From assembly GCF_963921235.1 (NCBI RefSeq), contig NC_086108.1, positions 109,494,001 through 109,558,000 of the forward strand: a DNA stretch of 64,000 bases, in the 5' to 3' direction. Position 1 is the stretch's first letter. The number at the start of each line of letters is the position of its first letter. Of the stretch, positions 47,285 to 58,464 are shown piece after piece. The position numbers and the translations under genes were made by a program. Below the pieces are notes generated by a model. That model saw nothing but the letters and a program-made list of their open reading frames with translations, made no database searches and had not been told where the DNA came from. The stretch is from Mobula hypostoma (Eukaryota).

Positions 47285-47859
47285 TGTAACACTCAGGTTC
47301 AGCTCGCGGCTTAATCTAGGGGATGACAGCCTCTGGCCCGGCCAAACTTGATAAATCTTGTTTGGGTGGATGCTGCATGATGTGTTCTCTTGTTACAAAT
47401 CAGTACCACGAAATAACAATATACAATTAAACGACTGAGGTTTATAATTCTTAATTTGACTATAGGTTAGTAAAGAAACAAAAAAGAAAAAGGCCCCTTT
47501 CTCATGAAACAGACTAATGCGCACGTTGGAGCTCACGGTTCCATCCATTCGTTCCCCGTCGACCTCCTCCGAGTGTAGCGGACCCTCGGACCCTCACTCA
47601 GTCCACTCTATCTGTCAGTCTACTGACTCTCTCCACTTACGTCTTCTCTCTCCATCTCCCCACAACAAAAGACCGCTAAATCCCTTCTCTCAGACCCTCA
47701 AGAAAGAACAACATACCTCTCATTGGTTGGCGCACATTCCAAAGCTCGTTATCTCTAGTCAAAGCCCAAACACTGCTGCTACAGAGAAACAATTACATTA
47801 GCAGTGAAACATTACAGAGAAATCATTACATTAGCAGTGAAACTTCACAGCACATTACA
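47285..47859 (-). mobile_element. Solo LTR (TGTAA...TTACA)
   Basis: Terminal inverted TGTAA/TTACA; 4-bp flanks TAAT / TAAA; interrupts the Penelope RT. Confidence 0.85.
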
Positions 47860-48941
47860 TAAACTTACCAATTCCCACAGTTATTTTGAGTATATTACTT
47901 CCCACTGTTTCCTGTAAAAATGTTATGAGGATGAAGATTTCCCTCATAGGACATCAGAGACGCTGTCCTTTTTCAAAGAATGGAGTTTTCCTTCCTCCAA
48001 CATTGATGCCAACCTCCTCAGCATCTCCTCTATTTCCTGGATATTTGGGCTCACCCCATCTTCCTGCTGCCCTAAGAGTGACAAAGTTCCTCTTTTCCTT
48101 GCCTACCTACCCATGAATCTCTGCATCCAACACATCATTCTCCACAGCTTTGGCTATCTCCGAATGGATCCTGCCACCAATCATGTCTTTACTTCCCTCT
48201 TATCTCCGCTTTCCACAGGGATCGCTCACTCCGCAATTTCCTTGTCAATTAGTCCCTCCCCACTAATCTTCCCACTTTTCACTTCTCCCAGCAAGTGGCC
48301 AAAGTGCTACACCTGCCCATTTACCTCCTAGCTCCCTTCTGTTCAGAGCCCCAAACAGTCATTCGAGGTGAGGCAATACTTCACCTGTGAATCTGCTGGG
48401 GTTTTCTACTGTATGCAGTGCTCCCGATGCGGCCTCCTCTACATTGGTGGGACCCGTCATAAATTGGGGTCTGCTTCATCAAGCACCTTTACTCAATCCA
48501 CCAAAAGCAGAAATTCCCAGTGGCCAAACATTTTTATTTCAATTCCCATTCCCATTCCTATATGTTGGTCCATGGCCTCCTCTTGTGTCATAATGAGTCC
48601 TTTCTCAGGATGGAGGAGCAACAACTTATATTCCATCTGGGCAGCCTCCAACCAGATGGCATGAATATTGGTTACTTCCTCTGGTAAAAATAAATTCTCA
48701 ACCCCTTCCGTCTTCTTCTATTCCCCACTCTGGCCTCTTACCTCTTCTTATCTGCCTATCACCTCCTCCTGGTGTCCCTCCTCCTTCCTTTTCTCCCATG
48801 GTCTCCCCTCCTCTCCTCTCCTATCAGATTCCCAGCTCTCCAGCCCTTCACCTTTCCTACCCACCTGGCTCCACCTATCACTTCTAGCTATCCTCCTTCC
48901 CCTCCATCCCTGTTTATTCCGGTACCTTCCCCCTTCTTTTC

Positions 48942-48979
48942 CAGTCCTGAAGAAGGGTCTCGGCCTGAAACATCGACTG
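48942..48979 (+). ncRNA. Minimal hammerhead motif (near-intact)
   Basis: CAGTC-CTGAAGA-A-GGGTCTCGGCCT-GAAA-CATC-GACTG. Confidence 0.5.
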
Positions 48980-49559
48980 TTTGTTCAATTCCATAGATTC
49001 TGCCAGACCGGCTGAGTTCCTCCAGCATTTTGCATTTCCGGTGTCTGTAGAACCTCTTGTGTTGTGAAATTTGTTGTTTTGCAGCAGCAATAAATGTAAT
49101 AAATACAAATATAACTGTAGATTACAATAATAAATAGTATCTTTCCAATCTCAAACCATCTTATGTTCCTTGACCTGAATTTATTTTGATAGTATTCCAG
49201 CAAAGTCCAGTGAGATATTTTCTTGCATTAAAGATGTTACATAATCGTCATCTGTACTTGTACACAGCCTTTCAAATCGAAGTCAATGGGATTTAAAATT
49301 ACCTTGTAAGATTCAGTGATCCCCGACAGTCAACCCATAATACACCCAGCAGGAACAAGGTGTCTTACTTATTAATTTTTTGTGTAGGGTACCTCAGGGA
49401 GGGAATATAATTTGGATACAGTTTTTACTTATAATATAATATAATTATAATATAACATAATTTGGATATAGTTTTTACTTAAGGGAGGCAATATAATTTG
49501 GATACAGTTTTTTTAAATTCTAGCAATTTTGGTATCTATTAAAGAGATACTGCTGAGAT

Positions 49560-49985
49560 TCTAGCTGCGGAGTATTTGCTGTAGCTTGATTGGAAAGAGT
49601 TACCGGGTTTTATTTTCAATGCTAAGTGAAGTCAAGAATGTCTTACACACTCATAAGTCTCTTGCTGTGCCCAGGCAGGGAATAAAGGGCATTACGAGGC
49701 TAAATCACAGCGTGGAAAGAGTTTAAAACAAAGGTTAAAAGCGCGGAAGCTAACATGTAACAATCAAACCCCCACATATCTGCCAAGTCGTTTATCCTGC
49801 ACTCGGCGGTTAGCTTTCTCGTTTCCCAAACCAGGAGATTACCGTGGAAAGGTAGACACGAGAACTGTTCAGCCCAGACTTTGGGATGGACTACAAAACA
49901 TTGCCGCCGGCTTCGAAGAAGCCAAACAAAATTCTAGAGAGGGAATGTAGACTTTCCAGTGGGTTGCTGCCGGTGGCAAATGATT
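49560..49985. promoter_or_regulatory. Candidate CpG-retaining promoter
   Basis: About 16 CpG in about 420 bp (hand count); reverse CCAAT (TGATTGG); GCGGAAG ETS-like site; GGACTACA and GGGAATGTAG ACTACA-like motifs. Confidence 0.4.
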
Positions 49986-49989
49986 GTGA

Positions 49990-51360
49990 TGGGGAGATCA
50001 GAGAGTCTAGGAGTATCAGAGAGAGAGATCATAGATCCCAGGCAGGCTGAGAGGGAGGTCATAGGCCCAGAAGGGGCTCGGAGAGAGGTCAAAGGGCCAA
50101 GGAAGAGCCAGAAGGGAGGTCAGAGGCCCCAGAAAGGGCTGGTAGGGAGGTCAGAGGGCCAAGGCGGGGCTGGTAGAGAGGTCAGAGGCCCCAGGAGGTG
50201 CTGGGAGGGAGGTCAAAGGGCAAAGAATGGGGCCAGGAGAGAGGGCCCATGAGAGGCTGGGAGAGAGTCAGAGGGCCCAGGAAGACTGGGAGGGAGGTTA
50301 GAGGCTTCAGGAGGGCCAGGAAGGGAGGTTAGAGTACTCAGGAGGGACTGGGAGAGAGGTCAGAGGCCCCAGGAGTGGCTGGGAGGGAGGCCAGAGGGCC
50401 AAGAAGGATTCAGAAGGGAGGTCAGAGACCCCAGGAAGAGCTGGTAGGGAGATCAGAGGGCCAAGGAGGGGCTGGTAGGGAGATCAGAGGCCCCAGGAGG
50501 AACTGGGAGGAAGGTCAAAGGGCAAAGAATGGGGCTGGGAGAGAGTCAGAGGTGCCCATGAGGGGCTGGGAGAGTGTCAGAGGGCCAAGGAAGGGACTGA
50601 GGGGAAGCTAAAGACCTCTGGTGGGACTAGGAGGGAGGTTAGAGCTTCAGGAGGGGCTGGGAGGGAGATCAGAGGGATCAAAAGTGGCTGGGAGGGAGGT
50701 CAGAGGCCTCAGAAAGGGCTGGGAGGGAGGTTAGAAAGCCCAGGAGGGGTTGGAAGGGTCAGAGGGCCTAGAAGGAGCTGGGATAGAGGTCACAGTGCCC
50801 ATGAGAGTCTCGGAGTTCTGCTGGACAATAAGGGGTAGCTGGGCGAGTGGTCAGAGGCCCTAAAGGTGGCTGAGACTGAGGCTGGTTCTCATTTGGGGCT
50901 TGGATGAATATCGGAGGCACCAGGAGAGGCTGGGAGGTTCACTAATCCCAGGAGGGGCTGGAGGTTTAGCTGAAGGATGGGTTTATCCAGGGCTGGATGA
51001 GTGGGAGATCAGAGTCCACAGGGGTGGCTCGGAGCGAGGTCAGAAACCCCTAGAGGTGCCGAGGCTGAAGACTTCAGACGTGGCTGTGAGGAAGGTTAGA
51101 GGGAATGGGTGTTCGGAGACCCAGGGCAGCTGGGAGGGAGGTCTAAGACCCCAGGAATAGCTGGGAGGTAGAGCTAAGAGGTGGCTGGAGGGATGGTCAG
51201 AGGCCCCAGGGTTGTCTGGTTTGCAGGTCAGAGACCCCATTTGAAGCCCTAGAGATCACCAGGGTGATGGGAATAATGGCAGAGTCCCTGGGGGCTGGCT
51301 AGGAAGGACAGACTGGAGACTACAGGAGTGGTGAAGGTGTTGACCAGAGAGCCGAGGGAT
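49990..51360 (+). repeat. G/purine-rich 31-bp minisatellite
   Basis: Consensus close to GGGCTGGGAGGGAGGTCAGAGGCCCCAGGAG, degrading to the right; about 300-bp higher-order duplication. Confidence 0.9.
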
Positions 51361-51389
51361 AGATGAAGTAACAGTATGATGGTAATGGG

Positions 51390-51805
51390 ATTCGTAAGGC
51401 CAGTGATGTTGTGGGGATGGAACTGGACTCTCTGACGGTGGTGTCTGAAAAGAGGATGCTGTCTAAGTTGCATGCCATCTTGGACAATGTCTCCCATCCA
51501 CTACATAATGTACTGGGTGGGCACAGGAGTACATTCAGCCAGAGACTCATTCCACCGAGATGCAACACAGAGTGTCATAGGAAGTCATTCCTGCCTGTGG
51601 CCATCAAACTTTACAACTCCTCCCTTGGAGGGTCAGACACCCTGAGCCAATAGGCTGGTCCTGGACTTACTTCATAATTTACTGGCATAATTTACATATT
51701 ACTATTTAACTATTTATGGTTCTATTACTATTTATTATTTATGGTGCAACTGTAACGAAAACCAATTTCCCCCGGGATCAATAAAGTATGACTATGATTA
51801 TGATT
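51390..51805 (+). mobile_element. Young Rex1 3' end (copy 4)
   Basis: Same ORF and tail; GATT on both sides. Confidence 0.9.
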
Positions 51806-53130
51806 GTCAACCATGAAGTTCTAAACCTAAACAAAGACCTTAAGCTCTATCAGATAAAATTAGCTGTGAGTACCCTCACTAAAGGGAGATTATACTGTCA
51901 CCACTCAACATCAAAGATTTGTTCACTTCCTTGTTTATTCTCCACAGCAGGTGTTAGCTGCCAGTCCCCACTATTTGAGTGGTGGGCCTCCGTCCCTGCC
52001 AAGGAGGAGATACTTCCAGCCAACAAAATAGTTTAAACACAATTTATTTATTTTCAGTGATACACATTTAAAATTCAAACAACACCCTTAGAACACATTT
52101 AAAACTCACAAAAGATCTCTGTCTTAAACACTACCCAATTACAAATCATTTCTAAAATACAAGGGGTTTCCAAAACCTTTTTTGGTCAAGATGGCACCAG
52201 TGAACAATGTTACCTGAGGCAACATCTTCCAGGTAGTCCACAAAACTGTTTCTTTCACTTCCCTTATGTCTTATTTTTATTTTAAATGTGTTTCTGGCAC
52301 TGTTTGAGCCCATGATCTATAGTTTGAGGATCGATTGAACGATCTGGCACTTTACTGTCTCCAAGAAGATTTTTATCTTCCTATCATTCTTCGTAATGTT
52401 CTTCAACCACTTCTAAGAAGCCTGAACTGCCCTCTACATTTATTCCCTTTTTCTACCACTTGGGTTACTTCACATGTAATGATATTTGCTCAGATACCTT
52501 TCTTAACACAAATGGCCAAAAAGCTTTTTGGAGACATAGATCTATGCTTGCTGTTCACTGTTCATAACTAGTGCTGTGAAGCTAACTTCTTTGCGTACAT
52601 AAACCTTCCAACTATTGACACATCAGTCATTTGATATGCCACCTGATATTATCCATTTGGTTTTCTAAGCTTTCTTGAGCTAATCAACTTAGAATCAACT
52701 TGCTTGTTCAAAACGAACTAAATTGAACAACCCTTTACCTTATACTACACCTTGAGTAGCAATAAACCAGGTGTGGTGAGCCAAATCTTATTTCTTACAA
52801 ACAGAACTTCTACTATCTACAGAGCTTGTTTGCAAAGCTGTTCTACAGAGAGTACTTGCTTTAACCTCAAGCTGATTACAGTTTTCCATTTACATTTTAA
52901 GGACTGAAGACTGACTTTGGTTTTCAACAAGAGTCAAACAGCTGTTAGTTGGAAGTTTACTTACAACTGTTTGTGATCTTCAAACGGCAGATGCTGTGTT
53001 TGCAAAGCGAGATTAGCAAACAAATAAGAGACCAAATGGCCAAGAGTGAATATCAATCACAACAGCCAATGACCAAGAAGGGACTGGAAGACCCTCACAG
53101 TAACCAGAAGGAAGACTGGAGACTCCAGGA

Positions 53131-53215
53131 CAGGAGTTCCCAACTTGGGCTGCACGGACCCCCATCCCCCCTCGGTTAATGGAAGGGGTCCATGGCATGA
53201 AAAAAGGAACTCCTG
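53131..53215. mobile_element. 85-bp hAT-Charlie-type MITE
   Basis: TIRs CAGGAGTTCC / GGAACTCCTG; perfect 8-bp TSD CTCCAGGA; same family as 6198-6276. Confidence 0.88.
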
Positions 53216-53289
53216 CTCCAGGAGTAGCTAATAATCAAGTCAGATCAGATGAGATTAGCTAATGGAAGGCTGATGACCCTGGAAGTAGT

Positions 53290-56200
53290 GAGGGGGAAGT
53301 GGAGAGAAAGAAGCATAGCTCACATGTATCAGTATTGCAATGGAATCAAGGGAATTACAGAGGCATGAGAGAGGAGCTTGCCCAGGAGGATTGGAGGAAG
53401 ATACTGGCGGGGATGACGGCAGAGCAGAGATGGCTGAAGTTTCTGGGAATAGTTCACAAGGCGCAGGATAGATATGTCCCACAGAGTAAGTTCTTAGGGG
53501 TAGAAAACAAAAGGCAACTTAAAAAAGCTATAAGAAGGAAAAAGATGAAATATGAGGGCAGACTAACCAATAATATAAAGCAGGATACCAAAAGTTTTTT
53601 CAGTTATATGTAGAATAAAACGGAAGTGAGAGTTGATATTGGAGCACAGGAAAATGATGCTTGTGAGGTAGTAATGGGGGACAAGGAAATCACAGATGAA
53701 CTTAATGAGTACTTCGTATCAGTCTTCACTGTGTGCCACAGGTCCGAGAGTATCAGGGAGCAGCAGTGAGTTCCATTGCTATTACAAAGGAAAAAATGCT
53801 GAGCAAACTCAAAGGTCTTAAGGTGGATAGAACCAGATGGACTACACCCCATAGTCCTGCGAGAGGTTGCTGAAGAGATAACGGATGCATTGGTCATAAT
53901 CCGTCAAGAATCACTTGATTCTGGCTTGGTCCCAAAGGACTGGAAGATTGCAAATACCACTCCACTCTTTAAGAAGGGAGGAAGGCAAAAGAAAGGGAAT
54001 TATAGCATAACCTAATGGTTAGGAAAGTGTTGGCGTCCGTTATTAAGGATGTGGCTTTGGTGTTCTTGTGATAAAATAAGTCAAAGGCAGAATGGTTTCT
54101 GTAAAGAGAAACCTTGATAAGGTTCCCCATACAAGGTTCATTCAGAAAGTAAGGAAGCATGGGATCCAAGGGGACCTTGCTTTGTGGATCCAGAATTGGC
54201 TTGCCCACAGAAGGCAAAGGGTGGTTGTAGATGGTTCGTATGCTGCATGGAGGTCAGTGACCAGTGGTGTTCCCCAGGGATCTGTTCTGGGCCCCCTCCT
54301 CTTTGTGCTTTTTGAAATGATCTGGATGAAGTAGAAGGAGGGTTAGTAAGTTTGCTGATGATAGAAAGGGTAGGGATGTTGTCAATAGTCTGGATAGTTG
54401 TCAGAGGTTAGAGCGGGACATCGATAGGATGCAGAACTGGGCTGAGAAGTAGCAGATGGAGTTCAGCCCAGGTAAGTGTGAAGTGGTTCATTTTGGCAAG
54501 TCAAATTTGAAGACAGAATATAATATTAATGGTAAGACTCACGGCAGTTTGGAGGATCAGAGAGCCATAGGACACTCAAAGCCGCTGCGCAGGTTGACAG
54601 TGTTGCTAAGAAAGTGTATAGGGTGTTGGCATTCATCAACCGTGGGATTGAGTTCAAGAGCCATGAGATAATGTTACAGCTACATAAGACAATGGTCAGA
54701 CCCCACTTGGATTACTGTGTTCATTTCTGGCCAGCACACTACAGGAAAGATAGAAAGAGTGCAGAGAAGATTTACAAGGATGTTGCCTAGATTAGAGAGC
54801 ATGCCTTATGAGAATAGGTTGAAAAAACTTGGCATTTTCTCCTTGGCACGACAAGGGATGACAGGTGACCAGATCGAGATGTATAAGATGATGAGAGGCA
54901 TTGGTCGTGTGGATAACCAGAGGCTTTTTCCCAGGGCTGAAATGCTAACAGAAGGAAGCATAGTTTTAAGGTGCTTGGAAGTGGGAACAGAGGGGATGTC
55001 AGAGGTAAGTTTTTCACGTAGAGAGTGGAATGCACTGCCGGCAATGGTGGTGGAGGCAGATACAATAGGGTCTTTTAAGAGACTCTTAGAGAGGTACATA
55101 GATCTTAGACAAATAGAGAGCTATGTGGTAGGGTAATTCTAGACAGTTTCTGGAGTAAGTTACCTGGTCGGCACAACATTGTGCTGTAGATTTCTATGTT
55201 CTATGTTCTATTTTGCCTGACAAATCTGTTGGACTTGTTTGAGGAAGCAGGATGGACAAAGGAGAGGCAGTGGATATCATTTACTTAGATTTTCAAAAGG
55301 CAGCCGATAAGGTGCCACACATGAGACTGCTTAACAAGATAAATTCCTATGGCGTTACAGGAAAGATACCGGCATGGATAGAGGAACGGCTGACAGGCAG
55401 GAGCCAGTGAGTGGGAATAAAGGGGGCCCCTTCTGGTTGGCTGCCAGTGACTAGTGGAGTTCCTCAAGAGTCAGTAATGGGACCACTGCTTTTCACATTG
55501 TTTGTCAATGATTTAGATAATGGAATTGGCAGCAAAGTTTGCGGATGATACGAAGATAGATGAAGGTGTAGGTAGTGCTGAGGAAGCAATGCGATTGCAG
55601 CAGGACTTAGACAAATTAGAAGAATGGGCAAAAGAGTGGCAGGTGGAATATTGTCACAAACAAGAGAAAATCTGCAGATGCTGGAAATCCATGTAACGTA
55701 CACAAAATATGCTGGAGGAACTCATCAGGCTGGACAGCATCTATGGAATGCAGTTCCATCTGCAGAGTTTCTGTTGTATCTGATTTGATTACTACACTGT
55801 GAAGTCTCTTCCAGAGATGCCTATCCTGAACGAGTTTAAGTCTTCCCTTTGACGGGAGCTCAGTGAAACCCTACAACTAGGGAATACTGTGTTGGGAAAT
55901 ATGTGATAATGCATTTGGTAAAAGGAACAGAAGTGCAGACGACGATCTAAATGGGGAGAAAATTCAATCAGAAGTGCAGCGGGACTTAGGAGTCCTCATG
56001 CAAGACTCCCAGAAGGTTAATTTACAGGTTGAGTCTGTAGTAAAGAGGAAAATGTAATATTGGCATTTATTTCAAGGGGAATAGAATATAAAAGCAAGGA
56101 GGTAATGCTGAGCCTTAATAAGACACTAGTCAGGCTGCACTTGGAGTATTGTCAACAGTTTTAGCTCCACATCTCAGATAGAATGTGTTGTCATTGGAGA

Positions 56201-57270
56201 GGGTCCGGAGGAAGTTCATGAGGATAATTCCAGGAATGAAGGGGTTAACCTATGGGGAGTGTTTGGCAGCTTTGGGCCTGTACTCACTGGAATTTAGAAG
56301 AATGCAGAGGGATCTAATTGAAACCTACCGTATAGTCATAGTCATACTTTATTGATCCTGTTGGAAATTGGTTTTCGTTACAGTTGCACCATAAATAATA
56401 AATAGTAATAGAACCATAAATAGTTAAATAGTAATATGTAATTTATGGCAGTAAATTATGAAATAAGTCCAGGACCAGCCTATTAGCTCAGGGTGTCTGA
56501 CCCGCCCCAAGGGAGGAGTTGTAAAGTTTGATGGCCACAGGCAGGAATGACTTCTTGTGACGCTCTGTGCTACATCTCGGTGGAATGAGTCTCTGGCTGA
56601 ATGTACTCCTGTGCCCACCCAGTACATTATGTAGTGGATGGGAGACATTGACCAAGATGGCATGCAACTTAGACAGCATCCTCTTTTCAGACACCACCGT
56701 GAGAGAGTCCAGTTCCATCCCCACAACATCACTGGCCTTACGAATGAATTTTTTGATTCTGTTGGTGTCTGCCACCCTCAGCCTGCTGCCCCAGCACACA
56801 ACAGCAAACATAGTAGCACTGGTCACCACAGACTCGTAGAACATCCTCAGCATCGTCCGGCAGATGTTAAAGGACCTCAGTCTCCTCAGGAAATAGAGAC
56901 AAGTATGTTGAAAGGACTAAATAGGGTGGATTTGGAGAGGATGTTTCCTCTGGTGTGGGTATCCAGAACTAGAGGGCACAGTCTCAAAGCTGAGGGGATG
57001 ATCTTTAGAACAGAGTTAAGGAGGAATTTTTTTTAGCCAGAGAGTAGTGAATGTGTGGAGTGCTCTGCCACAGGCTGCAGTGGAGGCCAAGTCCGTGGGT
57101 TTATTTACAGTGGAAGTTGATCGTTTCCTGATCAGTCAGGGCATCAAAGGATATGGCAGGAAGACAGGTGTGTGAGATTGAGTGGGATCCGGGATCAGCC
57201 ATGATGGAATGGCAGAGCAGACTGGATGGGCCGAATGACCTAATTCTGCTCCTATGCCTTGTGGTTTTAT
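53290..57270 (+). mobile_element. CR1 ORF2 pseudogene hosting another CR1 (about 54110-55210), a Penelope piece and Rex1
   Basis: NYRGMREELA, KSFFSYM, then RT motifs. The host RT resumes at 55213 (TGCCTGACAAATCTGTTGG) after the nested CR1 tail. Confidence 0.9.
56331..56900 (-). mobile_element. Young Rex1 3' end (copy 5)
   Basis: MLRMFYESVVTS...AIKLYNSS; (TATGAC)n tail. Confidence 0.9.
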
Positions 57271-57519
57271 GAACTGAACTTATGCCGTCTCGTTTTTCAT
57301 ACCACCATCATGGCCGTAGAATCTCCTGTCTGCCTCCCTGATCTCCTGCCACGATTACTGTGTTTGACTTTACCCTTCCCTGCTGAGCCTCTGAGACAGC
57401 CACAGTGACTGCAAGGCTAAGTACAGCGGTTGGCCAAATCAAATCTTTCACAGAGAAAGTGGCTGATTCCACAACCTTCAGAACTATTTTCAAAGACTCT
57501 ACAACTTAATATTCATGAT

Positions 57520-58290
57520 TTCTCTAAATTCTAGTCATTTTTCACCCTCCACCTTCCCTCTTCCATTCCCCCACCCTGGCTCCCCTTTCACCTCTCCTCT
57601 TCTCCTCACCTGCTTATCACCTCATTCCTTGGAGTGACGGAGGAGGAGAGGTGACCTGATGGAGGTGTATAAGATGATGAGAGGCATTGATTGTGTGGAT
57701 AGCCAGAGGCTCTTTCCCAGGGCTGAAATGGCTAACACGAGGTGGCATAGTTTTAACGTGCTTGGAAGTAGGTACAAGGGTGACGTGAGAGGCAAGTTTT
57801 TCAGACACAGAGTGGTGGGTGCATGGAATGCAGTGCCAGCAATGGTGGTACAATAAGGTCTTTTAAGAGACTTTTAGATAGGTACATGGAGCTTAGAAAA
57901 ATAGAGGGCTATGCGGTAGGGAAATTCAGGGCAGTTTCTAGAGTAGGTTACATGGTCGGCACAACATTGTGGGTCAAAAGGGCCTGTAATGTGCTGTAGA
58001 TTTCTGTTTCTACGATGTCCCTCCTCCTTCACTTTCTCCCATAGTCCACTCTCCTCTCCTATCAGATTCCTTCTTCTTCAACTCTATCTTTTCCACCTAC
58101 CACCTCCCAGCCTCTTACTGCCCCTCCACTTCCTCTCACCTATTCCTTCCCTCCCCTCCACCTTTTTATTTTGGCAACTTCCCCCTTCCTTTCCAGTCCT
58201 GATGAAGAGTATCAGCCCAAAGCATAGACGATTTATTCATTTCCATCGATGCTGCCTGACCTGCTGAGTTCCTCCAGCATTTTGTGTTTA
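57520..58290 (+). mobile_element. Penelope pseudo-LTR split by a CR1 3' end (about 57622-58015)
   Basis: Pyrimidine-rich pseudo-LTR halves flank MEVYKMMRGIDCVDSQRLFPR. Confidence 0.8.
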
Positions 58291-58464
58291 TTGAAGATAA
58301 TTGTTGTAGGACATTGAACAGCACAACACAGTACAGGCCCTTGGGCCTATGATGTTGTCCTGACCTACATAAACATTACTCCACGTTCAATCCAACCCTT
58401 CCCTTCCAAACAGCCCATAGACCACCCCAAATTTTCATTCATTATATGCCTATTTATCTATGTG

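Larger units (their letters stand above)
46195..49060 (+). mobile_element. Penelope-like retroelement: pseudo-LTR, RT, GIY-YIG, pseudo-LTR; decayed and split by a solo LTR
   Basis: RT motifs LILTLNNLSF..QGVAMG and FLRFIDN; GIY-YIG FTCESAGVFYCMQCSRCGLLYIG; hammerhead motifs at about 46515 and 48943. Confidence 0.9.

Noticed and set aside
49990..51360. Immunoglobulin switch region or CRISPR array
   Set aside because: No Ig exons nearby and only scattered AGCT; the units are contiguous degenerate tandem repeats without unique spacers, in a vertebrate context.
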